DNA of 64,000 nucleotides from Callorhinchus milii (taxonomy: Eukaryota), in contig NW_024704756.1 in NCBI RefSeq assembly GCF_018977255.1, positions 2,790,001 through 2,854,000 on the forward strand, given 5' to 3'. A program made the position numbers and the translations under genes. How positions within the stretch are numbered: the stretch's first letter is position 1; each line of letters opens with the position of its first letter. The notes beneath the pieces were generated by a model. It did not search any database. It saw nothing but the letters and a program-made list of their open reading frames with translations, and was not told the origin of the DNA. Below, piece by piece: positions 10,265 through 22,426 of the stretch.

Positions 10265-13200
10265 ATGGCGCAGGAGAAAGGTGAGGCGGCGGCACCGGGT
10301 CCTCCCGGCCCCGGGGAGGGCGGGGCGGGGCAGTCACTACACTACAGCCCCCGGGGGTGGGGCAGCCCTCGGGGTTACATTGGCCCCCGGGAGCCCGGAG
10401 CCGGAGCCGGGAATAGGCTGTTGGGTTTATAGCCGCCCCTCGTGTCTCAATCAGGAGGGAGAGAGGGAGTGTGTGAGACAAGAGAGAGAAGGGGTGAGAG
10501 TGGGGGGGAGAGAGAGAAGGGGTGAGAGTGGGGGAGAGAGAGAAGGTGAGTGAGTGGGGGAGAGAGAAGGGGTGAGTGGGTGAGAGAGAGAGAAGGGGTG
10601 AGTGGGTGAGAGAGAGAGAAGGGGTGAGAGTGGGGGAGAGAGAGAAGGTGAGTGAGTGGGGGAGAGAGAGAAGGGGTGAGTGGGTGAGAGAGAGAGAAGG
10701 GGTGAGTGGGTGAGAGAGAGAGAAGGGGTGAGTGAGTGGGGGAGAGAGAGAGAAGGTGAGTGAGTGGGAGAGAGAGAGAAGGTGAGTGAGTGGGGGAGAG
10801 AGAGAAGGTGAGTGAGTGGGGAGGAGAGAGAAGGTGAGTGAGTGGGGGAGAGAGAGAAGGTGAGTGAGTGGGGAGGAGAGAGAGAAGGGGTGGGGGAGAG
10901 AGAGAAGGGGTGAGTGAGTGGGGGAGAGAGCGCGAAGGGGTGAGTGAGTGGGGGGGAGAGAGAGAAGGTGAGTGAGTGGGTGAGAGAGAGAAGGGGTGAG
11001 TGGGTGAGAGAGAGAAGGGGTGAGTGAGTGGGGGAGAGAGAGAGAAGGTGAGTGAGTGCGGGAGAGAGAGAGAAGGTGAGTGAGTGGGGGAGAGAGAGAG
11101 AAGGTGAGTGAGTGGGGGAGAGAGAGAAGGGGTGAGTGAGTGGGGGAGAGAGAGAAGGGGTGAGTGAGTGGGGGGGAGAGAGCGCGAAGGGGTGAGTGAG
11201 TGGGGGAGAGAGAGAGAAGGGGTGAGTGAGTGGAGGAGAGAGAGAAGGGGTGAGTGAGTGGAGGAGAGAGAGAAGGGATGAGTGAGTGGGGGAGAGAGAG
11301 AGAGAAGGGGTGAGTGAGTGGGGAGAGAGCGCGAAGGGGTGAGTGAGTGGGGGGGAGAGAGAGCGAAGGGGTGAGTGAGTGGGGGAGAGAGAGCGCGAAG
11401 GGGTGAGTGAGTGGGGGAGAGAGAGAGAGAAGGGGTGAGTGAGTGGGGGAGAGCGCGAAGGGGTGAGTGAGTGGGGGAGAGAGAGAGAAGGGGTGAGTGA
11501 GTGGGGGAGAGAGAGAGAAGGGGTGAGTGAGTGGGTGAGAGAGAGAGAGATGGGGTGAGTGAGTGGGTGAGAGAGAGAGAGAAGCGGTGAGTGAGTGGGG
11601 GAGAGAGAGAAGGGGTGAGTGAGTGGGGGAGAGAGAGAAGGGGTGAGTGAGTGGGGGAGAGAGCGCGAAGGAGTGAGTGAGTGGGGGGGAGAGAGCGCGA
11701 AGTGGTGAGTGAGTGGGGGAGAGAGAGCGCGAAAGGGTGAGTGAGTGGGAGAGAGATATTATGTCTGTGTAAAAGAGTAATGTGCATGTTGCATTGCTCT
11801 GGGGCATTCCCACGTCCAGGGGGTCAGTGACTGATATTGGTCGTGCCACGGGTGCAAGAGCTCAGGGTTTACAGCTCCGCCCCGAGTGGCTCTGGCCGAG
11901 GGCGAGAGAGCGAGCCCCCAGGCCCCCGCACTGCCCAATAGGCTGCAGAAGGTGCGGGGGAAAGAGATGGGGAAAATACTCAGTTGCAGCCTCGATATAA
12001 CGCATCTCAATATAATGTCCTGGACCTGCAATGTACCTGTACTGTATTCTCTTTCTGTCCAGGTGGCTTTGTGTTACGACCCCGCGCCTCTCCCTCCGTA
12101 TGTATAACATGGTGAAACTATACGTGTTAGTACAGGGAATATCTCGCTGTCCGTGAACATGGATCCCTGTTGACACTTCAACTTCAAACAAAATACACTG
12201 TCAATCCACTTTACCAGTATATCCTGTGAAGTGCTTTGAAATGTCTTGATGACCCGATAAGGTGCTATACCAAAAGCAAGGATTATTACTATTATTATTA
12301 ATATTATTAAGTTGCTGAATTGGTTTATGGTGGAGTTCTGAAATGTGGCCATGTTGAGGGTACCATTGCAAGACTGCCCTGCAGGTCTAACAGTTGTTAA
12401 TCAGTACGGATCCCTCTGGCTCATTGTGTAAAGCCACCTTCAGTCCCCTGTGTTGAGTTAGCGTGTGATGGTGATTGCTAATTTGAATTCTGGATACTTT
12501 GATTCTGCCTAACGTGTCTTGTTGTTTTTGCCTTTCATGCAAGTTGAATAGTCTGAGAACATTATAGGTGTTTTAGCTGTGTGGAGAGATGTGCCAAGAT
12601 GTGCTTGATGGCCCACATCAAAGTTAGAGGGAACAAATTGCTCTTAAAGATGTCACTTGGGTCCTGATCTGAGTGTCCAGGGCTAGGGAATCAAAATCAA
12701 CTCGATTTACTGCTGTTGGTCAGCGATCTCCTATCGATGACCTGTGAAGATGTACGTTGGATAGAATAACAATAGACCATCAGCAGCAATTTACATTTAT
12801 GTAGCGCCTTTCACGTTGGAAGGACGTCACAAAGAGCTTCACAATTTCCTGGGTGTCTGAGCTGGAGGGGAGGGGTGGCCAAAAGCCCAGTCCAAAAAAT
12901 AGGTCTTAAGGTGGATTTTTGAAAGTGCAGAGGCAGCGGCAAAGTGAAAAGTCTCCGGAATGGAGGCAGAATGGCTGAACATTTGGCTACTGTTATTGCG
13001 ACGAATTGGGTGAGGGATGCGAGGCAGGCTGGTGTTTGCTGAAGCAGGAGGCTTGCGGGAGGTTTGGGAAGTAGGGTAGAGGCTTGAACATGGTTTTGTC
13101 GGTTCCTCCAGCGTCTACCAAGCCGCCAATGCTTGACCAGATGCCTTCAGTGAAGAATGGCTTGTTGTCTGGGGAATCCGCCTGAAATTGTTCTGGGGAT

Positions 13201-16200
13201 GAATGAAGTACCTGCGTACTTGAAATTACTTCTGGAACTGGCTGAAGATTATTAAAATAAATCTGTGTTTTGCCTTCCCCCAGCCACTCGCTGTGCAGAC
13301 CTGCCCTGTACATGGAAAGCAGCTGCTGACATCTGTCATCTAACCAGGCTGTTGAAATCCCGCAAACATTCCAGAGCAATGCCACTCAATTAAAAGCTAC
13401 TTTAAGAACACACAGACCAAGTTGTGCTGCTTCGCTGTGACATTTAACCCAGTGGTTGAGGCAAACAGCTGTCTTGGTTAAGACCCTGGAATAGAACAAA
13501 TATGTTATTTATTCAGACAGATCAATCCACTTAATGATAAGGACAAGCCTGGCCTTCTGTTGGTGTCTGGGTAAACCTCCTGTTGTGTGGATTTAAACTT
13601 GTGCATAGTTACCGAATAAGTAAACTTACGGACTGACTCCACGTATTAGTTGGCTGCTCCTGGCTTTATGCCCAGGAGGATATTACAGTGTCTCAAGAAT
13701 TAAGCAGTGGCTGCAGGCGTGGAATTTTTGGTGTTCTGTGTGTGACTCACATGAATAATAATAATCCTTGCATTTGATGTAGCGCTTTTTCACGTCGCCA
13801 AGAAGCCTCGAAGCGCTTCACAGGATATACTGTGAAGTGTTTTTTTTATTGTGCGTTTTGTGAGCGAAGAATGGAGGGCACGTTGAAGGTTGTGCGGGTT
13901 GGTATTGTAGGAAGTGCCTGCAGTGAGTATCTGATTCCTCAATGTGATGTGGAGTTGAACTTTGTCCAAGAAGATTAGAAATGGCAGAAGGCCCACTTGC
14001 ACAGAATATTCCATGACTCATGTACTCCAATCTCTTGTCCTGCCTTTTCACAATATCCCTTAATGATTTTACTCCCTAAAAACATCCAATAACAAGAACA
14101 TCTCAGAGCGCTTAATAGTGGCGGAGCCTGACTCTGAGCCGGGGAGGTGGTCGTAAGCACGGTTGAAGAGTAAGGTCTTCAGGTGGGACTTGCAAAGAGG
14201 GAGGGAGCAAGGTGGAGGGATTGAGGGTGAGTGTTCCAGAGTTTTTGGGGCGTTGTGCCTGAAAGCGCAACCTCCGATGGTAGGGCGGAGGGTGTGAGGG
14301 ACGAGCAGGAGGTTGGTGCCAGTTGAGCGGAAGCGCCAGGTGGTGGATCGGGGAGTGAGGAGGTTGGAAAGGTAGGGAGGTGCCAAAGAGTGAAGGGATT
14401 TGAACACAAATGTTACTTTCAAAGTAAAAACATCTATTTAAATCCCTCATCTGATTTCTTACCTATGACTTTCTGGGCATTGCATTCAGATTCTTATTAC
14501 TCTCTGTGAGAAGAAACTTTTCTGCATTGTGGTTCCAGCTCGCCTACCTGCACTCTCCCTGCCCTCCACCCCTCCTGATCCCAGCTCGGGCGCTGGTATC
14601 AGGAGGGGTGGAGGGCAGGGAGCTTCCAGCATCTTGAGACATCTTCCCGATGTGAAAGACGCTGTATACATGCAATTTGTCGTCGTTGTCAAGTCCTCTC
14701 AGAACACTAAGGGAAAACCTCGCTGACTGGTTATTTTCTCAAACCCTTTCATAATTCTAAACACTTCAATAAGAAGGAGTTTGGAAGGAGGTGATGTTTA
14801 TATGGAAAAAAATAGGCAAAACTGTAAGCTGTTTATGTTGATGGCGCTCAGTCTTTTCCTGCACTTGTCTCAGCAGGACAGGGTGAGGATATTTTTGAAG
14901 TGCTGGACGTTGCTGAATATGCCAAACGGCAGAGATGGTGGAACCGGTTCTTCGGACGAAACTCTGGTCCAATTGCCGAGAAGCATACGGTGGCGACACA
15001 GCTGATCATCGGAGGAGCCAGCGGCTGGTAAGTCGGTTATTCACTCACGACCTAATAGATAGAACAGTGAAGCTCTGAATGACTGCTCTGCGTGTCCCAT
15101 GTTGGGAGGGAAGGAATCTCATTATATTGGAGATGTTGTATCATCCACAAGTAGTTTTAGACGAGTGTGACAATGGCAAGTGGTGCATTACAAGTCAGGC
15201 TGGAAGGAGAATGTTCCAGCTGCAACATCCAGTCTCTCCTCCCTGTTATCTGAACTCTTTCAACTCGGAGTTGTTCAGAATTCTGTAAAATGTTCCATGC
15301 ACACAACCAGCCAAGCCCATCCTAACTGTGCCTAGAGTGTTGCCATCAGCGGTCGGGCCTTCAGCCTTCTGCCCCACCCTTTGAAACTCCATACCCCTGT
15401 CTCTTCACCTCACCCACTCCCTTACCTCCTCAAGGCCCGTCTCGATACCCCTCCTCTTCGACCATGCCTTTGAACACCCTCCTACCCCCACCACCCTGCC
15501 CTCATCCCCTCCTGATCCCACCAACAACAAAAATTATATTTGTATAATGCCATTCACATCGGGAGGACGTCCCAAGACCCTGGACAAGCAGTGTTTCGGA
15601 CCCGAGCTGGGGGTCCGAATTCGGGAGGGTGCAGGGCAGCTCGGGTGCAAATCGTTGACTGTCCAGCACTTTGGGACGTCCTCCCGATGCGAAGGGCACT
15701 GTAAGTAATGTATCTTGTTGTTACACTTTTTGAGGTGGAATTGCAAGAGGGAGAAATCTACTTTTTTTCCCCACTTATTTTAGTTCTCGCGCATTCACTG
15801 TTTCTTCCCCTCCGGCCCCAGCCTTGTCTCTGTGACCGTTACGAAATGGAGCTGTGAATTGTGCAATCTCTCTAACCCGCTCTCCCCCGCAGGTGTGCAG
15901 GCTTCCTGTTTAAGAAGGTGGGAAAGCTGGCTGCGACAGCGGTGGGCGGAGGCTTCTTCATGCTACAGGTGAGAGTTTGCTGAGAGCATTGATGGAACAG
16001 TACATTAGGTAACAAAGTCGGACGTATTTGAAGTAATCTGTGTTGGGGTCGAGGAGTTGGGGAATCGAAACATTTAAGCCTTCAAAAATCTAAATAATGT
16101 GTGTGCATTTCCTCTTTCAGATGTGAAAGACGTTACATAAATGTAATTTGCTGTTGTGGTTGATTGTGTTTTACTGTTATCTGCAAGCCATCTCGTTAAT

Positions 16201-18277
16201 TTACAAACTCTTAAATGAGCTCTTAAATACTGCTCAAATGGGCAGCCCAAGAGCTTTCCTGACCATTTATTTTGTTTGGTGTTTATAGCTACGGTTCGGT
16301 GTCTTGAGTTCAGTGCGAGAGCTTAATTTTTCATGATCGTCCCCAATCAATACAATGTGACACATAGTATAACTGTGACTTCTTGCTCTGCTCTGCAAGT
16401 GAGATCTTTTCATACGTGGGATCCAGACAGTGAGCATCTCTCTTCCAGAGTTCAATTCCAACTTTGAATCATAGAATCAAAAAATCCTACAGCACAGAAG
16501 GAGGCCATTTGGCCTATCGAGCTCTTTGAAAGTGCTACCCAATCAGCCCCACTTCCCCACACTTTCCCCATAACGTTACCATTTTTTTTTCCTTTTCAAG
16601 TAAATATCCAATTCCCTGTTGAAAGTTATTATAGAATCTGCTTCCACCACCCTTTCAGGCAGTGCATTCCAGATCGTAACTACACACTACGTAAAAAAGA
16701 AAAAAATTCTAATCATCTCCCCTCTGGTTCTTTCAGAATATCTTAAATCTGTATCCTCTGGTTACCGACCCACCTCCCAGAGGAAACTTTTTCTCCTTAT
16801 TTACTCTATCAAAACTCCTCATAACTTGGAAGGGGGGAATGACTGATATTTCTCTGTCTTCCCCATCCTCGAGCTGCCATGGCCAACTGTAGCAGCCCTC
16901 CTATCCTCACTGCCATCATGCTTGAGAGCCAATTGAGCACATGCCTATTCCTAGCTCACATGGTGCATTATGTGTTGAAATATGATGTGCTGTGGATGTA
17001 TTTCTTGGGGCTCATTGCAAAGGTGAAGTCTGATTTTCACGGGTTTCCTTTCAGGTGGCCAATCACACGGGGTACATCACTGTTGACTGGAAGCGAGTGG
17101 AGAGAGACGTAAACAAGGCGAAGAAACAGTTGAAGATTGGCAAGAATAAGATACCCTCGGAAGTACATGGCGTCCTGGAAGAGGTACATATACAACAGTG
17201 TGCAGTCGGTCAGATCAGCTGTAGATCATGCTAGTTCTATTCCACTAAAGAGTTTAAACAGCGTAGACAGAGATACCCACATATCTAACCATTCTCAGGC
17301 CTTCCTTGGCTTTAAAATTGCTGCTCCTTTAATAGGAACTGAATATTTAAATTTTGATTTAATGTAAGTTGACCTTTTAAACCAAAGCTAGAGTGATTAC
17401 CTTTACACCGGGATATAATCTTCTACTATCCATAAAGATGGTTTCAAATAACCATCTGATTCACTTACTGTGTGTTTGGAATAACCTAGTGTCCAGATCT
17501 AATTCCAAAATGGTCTGTCTGATAATAGCAGGTCTATCTGAAACAAATCAAACATTCTCTATACGTGAAGAAGGGAACAGAGGCCTGGAAAGTGCATGAG
17601 GAAAGGTGGAGTATTAACACTGACATGGACTAGGTGGGCTGAATGGCCTGTTGCCATGCTATAATGATGGTCTGTGTAATTCACTGCAATGAAAGCAAGT
17701 CCACAGAATGAAAAAGTGCTGTCTGTTTAGCCTTTAGCAGTGGGCGGCAAGGGTGGAAGAGGCTGAAAGGGAGACAGCACCTTTTTGCTTCGGGTCACCT
17801 TTCTACAGCTGGAGCAGAACAGCCAGTTAATATGTGGTATAAACCCAGCAATACACCAGCTCTAGATTTTAGCACTAGAATTAATCATTCATATCTAAAC
17901 GTATCACCATCTGTATGTGTTAGTAACACTCTGTAAGTGTTAAATTTATTGTTGCTGGTTTAAGCTTGCTGCCTCAAAACATGATTGTTGTGATTATACT
18001 CGAGTCTCAAGCTGATGGTTACTTAACACTTGCAGGAATACGTTTACTCATTTTGGTTGAAAAAAGTTGGGAGTTTTGTATAAATTTAGTTGGAACCTGT
18101 TAAGCTTGTTCTCCAATATTGTGGACTGCCCCTGACACCTCCTCTGTACAGTGTGTTAGCAGTGAGTAACAACTAAATCATTCTGTGTTCTCCACACAGG
18201 TCACTGTCTTTGTGAAGAAGAATATTGTTCTCACTGGCGGCTTTGTTGGTGGTTTCTTACTTGGACTCGCGTCATGA
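10265..18277 (+). CDS. FUNDC2: FUN14 domain-containing mitochondrial outer-membrane protein (FUNDC2), 5 coding exons, 150 aa
   Basis: Exons 10265-10280, 14874-15027, 15893-15968, 17055-17183, 18200-18277, all GT-AG with compatible phases (453 nt). Protein [33 protein letters not shown]...[55 protein letters not shown]...[37 protein letters not shown] and adjacency to CMC4/BRCC3 favour FUNDC2 over FUNDC1. Exon 1 is the least certain. Confidence 0.9.
10455..11756. repeat. 1.3 kb purine-rich tandem repeat (GAGAGAAGGGGTGAGTGAGTGGGG-like) in FUNDC2 intron 1
   Basis: Direct inspection; it produces the low-complexity 599 aa and 446 aa ORFs. Confidence 0.95.
14090..14410 (-). mobile_element. L2 3' fragment in FUNDC2 intron 1
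   Basis: [13 protein letters not shown]...RPTIGG.AF...HLKTLLF. Confidence 0.72.
16467..16830 (-). mobile_element. CR1 3' end/3' UTR fragment
   Basis: AATCATAGAATC...ACAGCACAGAAGGAGGCCATT...TTCCACCACCCTTTCAGGCAGTGCATTCCAGA. A related copy is at about 43470-43590. Confidence 0.65.
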
Positions 18278-20919
18278 GGATTATTTGAAGAACTATATGT
18301 TTTTATTAGTTTCTCTGCTGCTCCCCAACCCTCTCCCCAAAGCTAATGATTGTACAGTATGAGCTTGTAGGGTATGTGGGTGCCACACACAGTGTTTAGT
18401 TACTGGCTTCAATATTGCATTCTAGTCTAGAAGGTTAACATTATTGAATTAAGTCATGGTCTTCACTTTACATCAGAATGGACAAAGGGAATCAAAAAGG
18501 GAGGCAATAGGATTGCTTGTCCCGTGAAAGACCTGTTGGTGATTTTTAAAGGTACAACAAACTATAGACCCTTTTTGGACAAAAGTTGCAATGGTGTGAC
18601 TCTAGGCTTGGATTGCAAGGTTGTGATTCTTCACCACCCCCTACCTCGACCAGCTCAAACTATCACTGTCTGCTACAAGTGTTAATCTGACATCAGTTTA
18701 GATGCTGGATCCTTCTCTTACATGCCTCTCTAAATAGGACTCCAAACCATCTTCGCTGGGCCCGTATCCATCCAGTGAAGAAGCATCAGTGTTAGTGGAG
18801 GGTGAGAGCTTTTGAAGCCTGCTTAGAAACGATCCATCATAATACTATGACTTGTCACTATGGTGCCACTTTACTTCCTCTCCCCGTCAGGCACTTTTAA
18901 AACCCAGCCAAGATGGTGTCACGGTCCTATTGCGTGGTTATCCCGTGAGAATTGAGAGGACTGCAGTTGTCATTTTAATAGGAATTTTACCAATATTCCC
19001 CAGATCCTCATGGAAATCTTGAACGGTCTCTGCCAAAAAAAATAGCTTCAAAACAGTGGTTGTCTTGGTGCGCACATTTTGGGATTGCTTGACCATAGGT
19101 CACATCATCTGTGTTTGCATGCTTATCGGGCTGTGTGCTGCACGGTGCTAAGCACAACACCCTGTAATTACTATGTGTTAAGAAGTACGCGAAGACTGAA
19201 CTGAACGCTCCCCAGAAAAAATGTTCTGCAAACACTTGACAGCTGATGGCACAGCTGATTTAGAATAGCGCTGTTTAGCATTTTAAAAGATGGTATGTCT
19301 GATGGCATTTAGATGCAGAAACACAATCTCTATAGAGTTCAGATGACTTTTTATATATGAATGCTTTTTTTTTGTCTTGTGATTTGCAATAGAAACTGCA
19401 GACCGTTCTAGCTTTGAAGTCGCTCCCTGCTACTTATTCACTGCTTGTCACTGCTTACTGCACTCTGGCACGTGCTTTCAGATTATTGTAGCTCCCCTTG
19501 GGTTGAGACCTGCCTGGATGGCTTTGTATGTTTAATCAGTAGCTAAGACAAGGAGATCATCAAGTTCCCAAGTTTGTTCCCTAATCTACCCTATACTTTA
19601 TATTAAATCATCTCAAGTGGAGTAGTCCCAGGTATGCTGTAATAGGCCCCAGCTCCCTTTTCTCCCAGGTTCTTTTGCTTTCCTACTCCCTTTTGCACGT
19701 GTAGACACTGGGTAAAGTATAGTCTTGCTGACCTTGTTGTCCCACTTGAGGTTTCTATTTCTAGCAACAAAAATAGATATAATTTCTTGACAGCATATAT
19801 GTTTGCTGTGCTGTATGGTGTCAGTCTTGTTAGAGCTGTTATCCTTAGATGTCCCATCTGCTTGGATGTTCTAGATCCAATGACACTAATGGAAAAACAA
19901 AGGGAATTCCTCTGCCAACGAAGGGTTTCCCTGCCAACAGTCCTTCAGATTAACTGGGTTGTTCACCTATAGCTGCTTGTGAGGTTTTGCTGTGTGCTGT
20001 ATAAGCGTTCAGAAAAAGTCACTGCACTTGACTAATTACTGTTGTGACATTTTGACGTAAAGTGCTGTTCAAAATGCATGTTCTTTCTAGAATGGTATCA
20101 CAGTCCTATTGTGTGGTGATTTTCATCTTAAACCTTTGTGGTGCAGACCCTGTGCTCTTTACCTCAAGTTCCTGACTTGATTGGCAGAGACTGCAGGTTC
20201 AAGACAGTGCTTCCTTGTCTCAACTCAACCCGGTCACTCCTTCACAGGAACACGTGCAACTTCTTTTTCTGCTACTGATGCAGCTTCGGTTTGCTGGTAG
20301 TTAAACGTAAATCAACGGCTTTTTCCAGCATTTATTGCTAAAATTAAGTTATCCTGGAAAGTAGCAATTTTTATGAAGTATTAATGCTTTGAAAGGTTTT
20401 GTAAATGTACTGTTTTGACTTTAGTCTGGTGGATTTTGTGGAAGTGCAGAGGGTTGACGCAGCGATGTGCTTTTGTGGAGATGGTGATGTGCTCTGCAGC
20501 CTGATCCTGTGGCCAGTTTGTAAAGTTTATTCTGTTAAGGCACGCACCCGTTTACTTCCGTTGCTCAGTACAAGACTCTTTTACTGAATGTTTTGCCACT
20601 TTGTGCCTCTTATTTACTCCACTTATTTGTTCATTGTATCTTGTGTAAATCGGCAGATTGGAAGAGAGAGTGCAATTCTGGTAACTTGGGTGTGAAAATG
20701 CCCCATAAAGGAATTTTACCAAATGCTTGTGTTGATCTTACTGCAAATGAGCCACTGATGAGCGCTCCGAGAAGCTACCCTTTTGAATGCAAGTTGTTGT
20801 TGAGGGCCCCCTGAGTATTTAATACTCCAGTCATCACTGAACAGATGAAGTGACCTGAATCCAGAAACTTTAGTCCCAAGCCAGTTGCTCAGAATGTTGA
20901 TCTATCTTAATATTTTATA

Positions 20920-21402
20920 ATATAATAGTAATAATCCTTGCATTTGATATAGTGCCTCATCACATCATCTAAACATCTCAAAGTGCTTCAGAGAATATAT
21001 ACTGTGCAGTGGAGTGACTGAACTTTGTGAGCGAAAAGCGGTAGCCGGTTTGCACACAGCAGTGTCCCACAAACAGTCTTGGATTGAGTGACTATTTATT
21101 TGAAGGGATTATTAGCCCCAGAAAGACCATAAAACCATAGGAGCAGGAGTAGGCCAAACAGCCCCTCGAGCCTGCCCCGCCATTTAATAAGATCAGGATG
21201 ATCTAACCTAATTCCATTTACCCGCCCTATCCCCATATCCCTTAATCCCTCTATCCTTTAGAAAAGCGATCCACCAATCGACTAACAACCGGGTTCCTAC
21301 TTACTGCTAGGTAAACAGGCGTGTGGAGTAAGGAAACTTGAATCAAACCCATGTCCTCTCATTTACGAGGCGAGTGCTCTAACCACTAAGCTACAGGACT
21401 CC
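20920..21402 (-). mobile_element. tRNA-SINE with a nested CR1-type 3' fragment (~21127-21260)
   Basis: SINE tail at 20920 and head GCTACAGGACTCC at about 21400; insert CATAGGAGCAGGAGTAGGCC...CCCCTCGAGCCTG. Confidence 0.7.
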
Positions 21403-22426
21403 ATTTGGGGATCAACTCTTCATTGAAACAGCCGAAACACTCCTTGATGGATACCTGGTGCAAGTGGTTTCAGATTGCCTGAAAGGAGGACAGTGAAAAG
21501 TCTATCTGTTCTCACACATTATGAGCAGATTGCATGATTAATCCAAAACCCAGGATTAATTTTATTCACTGCTGTCTACTTTTGCAATGTTTTAAGTTTT
21601 GCTTTAGTGCTTTAGTTTATTCATTACTGTAACACCTCACCACTGCAGTAAACTCCATGATAACACTTGATGATCCCCACTATGCATTAAGAGGAAATTA
21701 AGTATTGAAGATTTATAAGAAATGTAAAGTTCACGGCTTTTGAAAATATCCAACATAAACTTCTGTAAAGCTATCAAATTTCATTTGGATTTGTTCTCAA
21801 AAATTTCTAATAACTGGATTTTTGCTTTTCAACAAGACAGACCAACAAGATCGATGATAATAACAATCCTTCCATTTAATATAGTTTTACCACATCGTTG
21901 AGATGCTCAAAACCTTTCACGGGATACACTGTAAAGCGGTTTGACTATTTTGTGGGGGAAACCCGGCAGCCTGTTTTGCGCAGCAATGTCCCATAAACAG
22001 TCGTGAAGTGAATGACCAATTTTACCTGAGGGATTGTTGCCCGAGACACCAGGAGAAACTCCCACCTCTTTTTGAATTGCGCCATGGGATCTTTAATATT
22101 CACCTGAAGGGGTAGACAGGACCTGTTTAATCTGAAGCTCGACGCCTCTGACAATGCAACCCACCCCTTGGCCCAACACTACATTGGAGTGTCATCTTAG
22201 ATTATGTGATTCCAAGTCCAAATGTGGGGCTTGAACCCACAACCTTCTGACGTGGCGGCGATGTGGACATTGAGCCAAGCTGACACACAAATTATACGAA
22301 CGGGCTGACAGCTGACTCCAGGCTTGATGCTACAGTGATTTCTTTGAAATTGAAGTCTTAGTCATGGTGATTATGAAAAGGTGAGTGTTACGTAAAAGCC
22401 ATTGTGCCTGTTATCAATGGCGCTTC

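Noticed and set aside
10050-11849. 599 aa and 446 aa minus-strand ORFs
   Set aside because: S/L/P/H/T low-complexity translations of the purine-rich tandem repeat; they stay open only because the unit lacks stop codons.
20752-20785. CTGATGAGCGCTCCGAGAAG hammerhead-like string
   Set aside because: No GAAA core and no consistent stems.
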